Assembly: GCF_963514075.1 (NCBI RefSeq)
Contig: NC_083776.1
Coordinates: 18,822,415 to 18,886,414, forward strand
Source of the DNA: Conger conger
Lineage: Eukaryota
Direction of reading: 5' to 3'
DNA: 64,000 nucleotides
Shown here: positions 60,584 to 64,000 of the stretch, in pieces
How the letters are laid out: every line of letters starts with the position of its first letter
How positions within the stretch are numbered: position 1 is the first letter of the stretch
Notes under the pieces: generated by a model
The model's input: only the letters and a program-made list of their open reading frames with translations
What the model was told of the DNA's origin: nothing
Database searches by the model: none
Translations under genes and position numbers: made by a program

Positions 60584-61883
60584 CAGTTGGCAGCCAGTAG
60601 GCTGCAGAGCGACCTGACGCCCAAGGTAAGCCCCCAAGCCCCGTCCCCTGTGTGCCTTGCCTGCACATTGGTGGAAGCCCCGTCTGTCAGTGATCTAGGA
60701 GCTTGGTGAAGGGAAGCTTAAGCAGGGTGACAGGAGGACAAGCGGAGTTAATGCTGCAGCACTGTGAGCCTGACGTCTGCAGTTCTGTCTGTTTATTCTG
60801 TGTGCCGGTGAAAGACAAATTCTCAGCACTGCTGTGCTTTAATTCGACCATAGTGCAGGGAGATCTCTCAAAGTGTTTCAGTCTTTCACTTTCATTTCCA
60901 TGCAAGTGACTTTTTAGGTACACCCTCCACTTCTTTAAGAGCCAATATCTCAAGAATGACAAATCCTAGTGTGACAAATCCAAAACACTAGTGAGGCTAG
61001 TGGATTTGGATGTTCTCCATTGAATATATAAAGAACATTTACACAAAGTTTGAGAAATTGGAGTGGTCAACTGTCACACCTGGTTGATTTTTCATGGACT
61101 GATCTCACAAAGACATGAGCCATAAAAACAAATACGTGACCAACAAATCTTCAAACTAATTTATGCAAACCCCAACCACCCCACCCACACATACCTCAGG
61201 CCTGATAAAGCTGTTTAGCTGTGACTATTGGCAGTATACAATGGCCTCTTGTGCCTTATTGCTTTGTTATGGTAGCGTGCATGTGATGTTCAACATGTAG
61301 TAGCCTTTACGGCTCAAGTCCTAACCTGGCCGTGTGGTCTTACGTTTCAGTGCCAAAATTGGAACATCATATCAAAACCACTTTTTTAGCTGGATAAAAA
61401 AGGAAAAATGGGAATAAAAGATTTATAATCATTATCAGGGTTTAAGTAGCACCCCTTTTTTTCCCAGCCGGTAACAGGCTCCTTTATAGCAGTGAATAGA
61501 AGAATTGATAATTCTACAAGCATTATGGCTAATTCTAGCACTTGACGCATCTCTAATGAAAGTATCTCTGGGATGGAGCTTGGAGAAGGGCTGAATATGC
61601 TGTCAGTGAATGTGGTGCATCCAGGGTTAGTGTTGGAGATCAGAGACTATTCTGAGCAAGGTCAGAAGGTCACAGCTGCAGCTGGCTCTGCATCATGCAG
61701 CTGATGTGTGCTGAGATTTATGGTGTAAAATGGCTGCTGTGCATAACTCTGCTGGATGCTATACTATATGTATGTAGGGGGAGGGGGTGAGGTGATGCCT
61801 CTCAAAGTAAAGTGAGAAATCTTAACTTAACTTATTTAATGAAATGTTGGTGAATGGTGTTTTTATTTTATTTCTTTCATTAG

Positions 61884-63026
61884 AAACTGCCTATGAAGAG
61901 TGACCTGTTCAATGCCGACTCTGAGAGTGATAGTGACAAGCCAGAAGTATCATCCCCTAGAAAAAAGAAGAAAAAGAATTTGGTGGAGGACCTTTCTCCA
62001 GAAATGGATACAAAAAAGAAGAAGCAGAAAAAGGAAAAGAAGAAATGGAAGCAGGAGAAGGTTCTGCCAGGGCCAGAGTCAGACAGGAGTGAGACTGATG
62101 ATGAGGACAGCGCTCCAGCTCCAGCCCCGCCTTGTGCTCCCAACGCCACTGAGCCCAAGCAGACCTGTGGGTCGGACGATGGCGAGGAGGCCATCGTCAC
62201 TCCCAAGAAGCGGAAGAAAGAGACGTCCAAAGACACTGGGAAGCACAGGAGGGCCGAAGCCAAAGATGCAAAAAAGCCTAAGAAAGAGGGCAGAGAGGGG
62301 AAGAAGAGGAAGGAAAACTGCAAAATGCTGGATTCCAGTGAGGAGGAGGACCAGTCGGCCACTGCTGAAGGTGAACTGAGTGAAGCTTCCGAGCCGCAGA
62401 CCGCGAAGGCTGCCCAGCCGGCAGGGAAGCCCCATTCTGTGCAGGGGGAAGAGCCGATGACCATGAAGGCCAAGCAGAAGCAAAGCAAGCCAGGGCTGAA
62501 GCTGCAAGGTATCAGAGACCTCATTCATGAGAAGAAGAGCAAGAAGCCCCTGGCTCAACCCACTGAGAAGGAGAACGCCCATCAGAAGTTAAAGAACTTA
62601 ATGAACCTCAAGAGCCAGAGGCCCCCCAGGAGCGTCGGCGAAGACGAACCCAGTCGCCTCTCTTCAGACTCCAGCGAAGTGGCCGCTGTCATCTCTGTCA
62701 AGAAGAAGAGCAAAGTGCTGGAGGCTGCTAGCCAGGGTGCATCATCCTCACCCTCCTCTTCCTCTTGCTCCTCCTCATCAGCAGCTGTTGCCACCATGGA
62801 GGAAGAGGCCAAGCTGCAGAGCAGGTCGGCCTCGGGCCCAAAGGGCAAATCCTCATCCATGGCGAAATTGGAGGACAGCGCTGAGAAGGACCTCCCTCCG
62901 TCAACCAACCTGTTTGAGAAGTTTCTGCTGAACTGCGAGGCCAAGGACAGGGTGTCCCGGAGGCAATCCACCCATCCCACCACCCTGGAGAACCGAGCTG
63001 AACAGGCCAAGCCTATCACACCAAAG
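61884..63026 (+). CDS. mphosph8: mphosph8 large exon encoding the Lys/Ser/Glu-rich low-complexity region.
   Basis: Acceptor 'tttctttcattag|aaa', donor 'accaaag|gtactc'. 'KLPMKSDLFNADSESDSDKPEVSSPRKKKKKN...' matches human 'RLSLNNDIFEANSDSDQQSETKEDTSPKKKKKK...'. The ORF is continuous for 381 codons. Confidence 0.85.
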
Positions 63027-63175
63027 GTACTCCTCACATCTGACTACAGCCCTCACCTGACTGCTGTATTTTAGCCCTGAGCACAACACAACAACAATGA
63101 AATGATGGCACACAGTTAAAAGGAGTCTGAATTGATGTGACAAGTGATGTGAAACGTGCTTTGCTGTTTGTACAG

Positions 63176-63284
63176 ACAACGGGGAAGGCTGAGAAAAAGG
63201 CAAAAACGTTGAAGGAATCGCTGGCCCAGAAACTGGCACCCGACAAGATGGAGAAGGCCAAGAAGGACACCAAGATGCCGGGGG
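63176..63284 (+). CDS. mphosph8: mphosph8 exon.
   Basis: Acceptor 'ctgtttgtacag|', donor 'ccgggg|gtgagc'. The lysine-rich 'TTGKAEKKAKTLKESLAQKLAPDKMEKAKKDTKMPG' is in frame with the flanking exons. The homology is low-complexity only. Confidence 0.6.
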
Positions 63285-63567
63285 GTGAGCTGAAGGGGTT
63301 GGGGGTATGAGGGACAGTGAGCACACCAGCCTAGACCTGCCATCTTCTGGAGCTTTTAGTCAATGGATGTTGCTAATTTATGTAAATGATTTGGTAAATT
63401 GTCTCAAATGTGCATCCCTTTTTCTGTCATGATAGCCACGCTTTGTGAATATACCCAGTCGCTCAAGATTAAGCTTACTGAATGGAGTACACTGAAAATG
63501 AAACCAATGTCCAGTTGAGCGTGCAAAATGGTTGTCCAACCAAGGCTTCTCTGACGTGTGTCCGCAG

Positions 63568-64000
63568 CTCCAGGCCCAGCGAAGAACCCTGCCGTCCTGG
63601 AGGTGGAGGAGAAGCAGGGGAAGAGTGAAAAGAGCGACGGTCAGGGCACGAAACGGGAGAAGAGCGACAGACAGTTGGAAAGGAAGGAGCATACGGACTC
63701 TCCGGAAAAGCAGACGACAGAAGAGGCGACCGAGTCCAGAGAGCTGGGAGTAGCCTGGGAGAAAACGGGGGAGGTACAAGAGCGTAAAGAGAGGGTGGAG
63801 GAGCTGAGAGAGAGGAGGGAGCGGACCCAGGACGCATGGGGGTGCCGGTTTGAGAAGAAGAAGGCAGTGACGACAATGGTGACGGAGGGGGCGTCTCCCG
63901 AGTCTGCGGACGAGGCGGCTGCACCCGGGAGGGTAAAAGAGAGGAGGAGGCGGCGGGAGGACAGCGAGCCACGCCTGTATATCGCCTGCGAGGACAATCA
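63568..64000 (+). CDS. mphosph8: mphosph8 exon, partial: it runs off the window end. An internal splice at about 63773 is possible but not required.
   Basis: Acceptor 'gtgtccgcag|ctc'. The frame stays open to position 64000, ending '...EDSEPRLYIACEDN', which resembles human MPP8 'RDETDTWAYIAAEGDQ'. Confidence 0.6.

Noticed and set aside
60434-60625. In-frame 192-nt segment in mphosph8 intron 2, bounded by 'cag|' and '|gtaagc' and encoding ...QEEKEEKEEKEEKEEEKEEEEQ...
   Set aside because: The acceptor has essentially no polypyrimidine tract ('ggaaatgaaacgcag'). The open frame is explained by the (GAGGAGAAG)n repeat. Human MPP8 has no corresponding segment. It could only be revisited with transcript data.

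Overview
Eukaryotic, clearly teleost-fish, genomic DNA; there are no prokaryotic features. The window holds two protein-coding genes on the + strand, in a landscape dense with repeats. (1) A complete multi-exon orthologue of PARP4 (vault poly-ADP-ribose polymerase). The start codon is at 13037 and the stop at 49308, with about 34 coding exons. I called each exon by hand from splice motifs, reading frame and segment-by-segment homology to the human PARP4 domains (BRCT, PARP regulatory and catalytic, VIT, VWA, Pro-rich linker, C-terminal MVP-interaction region). (2) The 5' half of MPHOSPH8 (MPP8): a chromodomain split over two exons, then a long Lys/Ser-rich exon. Its ATG is at 53769 and it runs off the window end. 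Both genes lie in the human 13q12 region. Introns and flanks carry several tRNA-derived SINE families, one 5'-truncated LINE with an intact 570-aa RT ORF, one degraded LINE (APE+RT) on the minus strand, Tc1/mariner remnants, three TIR-bounded non-autonomous DNA elements (one nested inside a SINE), many minisatellites, and long CA/TC microsatellites. Observations worth a second look: a tandem amplification inside PARP4 that produced two extra in-frame mini-exon copies with intact splice sites; LINE/SINE pairs that share 3' tails; minisatellites that abut or contain splice-site motifs; a TAGCTAGC/AACGTT palindrome-rich block in MPP8 intron 1; and a dispersed GGTAACACCACAGAC motif upstream of MPP8. 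There is no CRISPR, no operon and no defence island; the template hint about a novel system most plausibly maps to the exon amplification.
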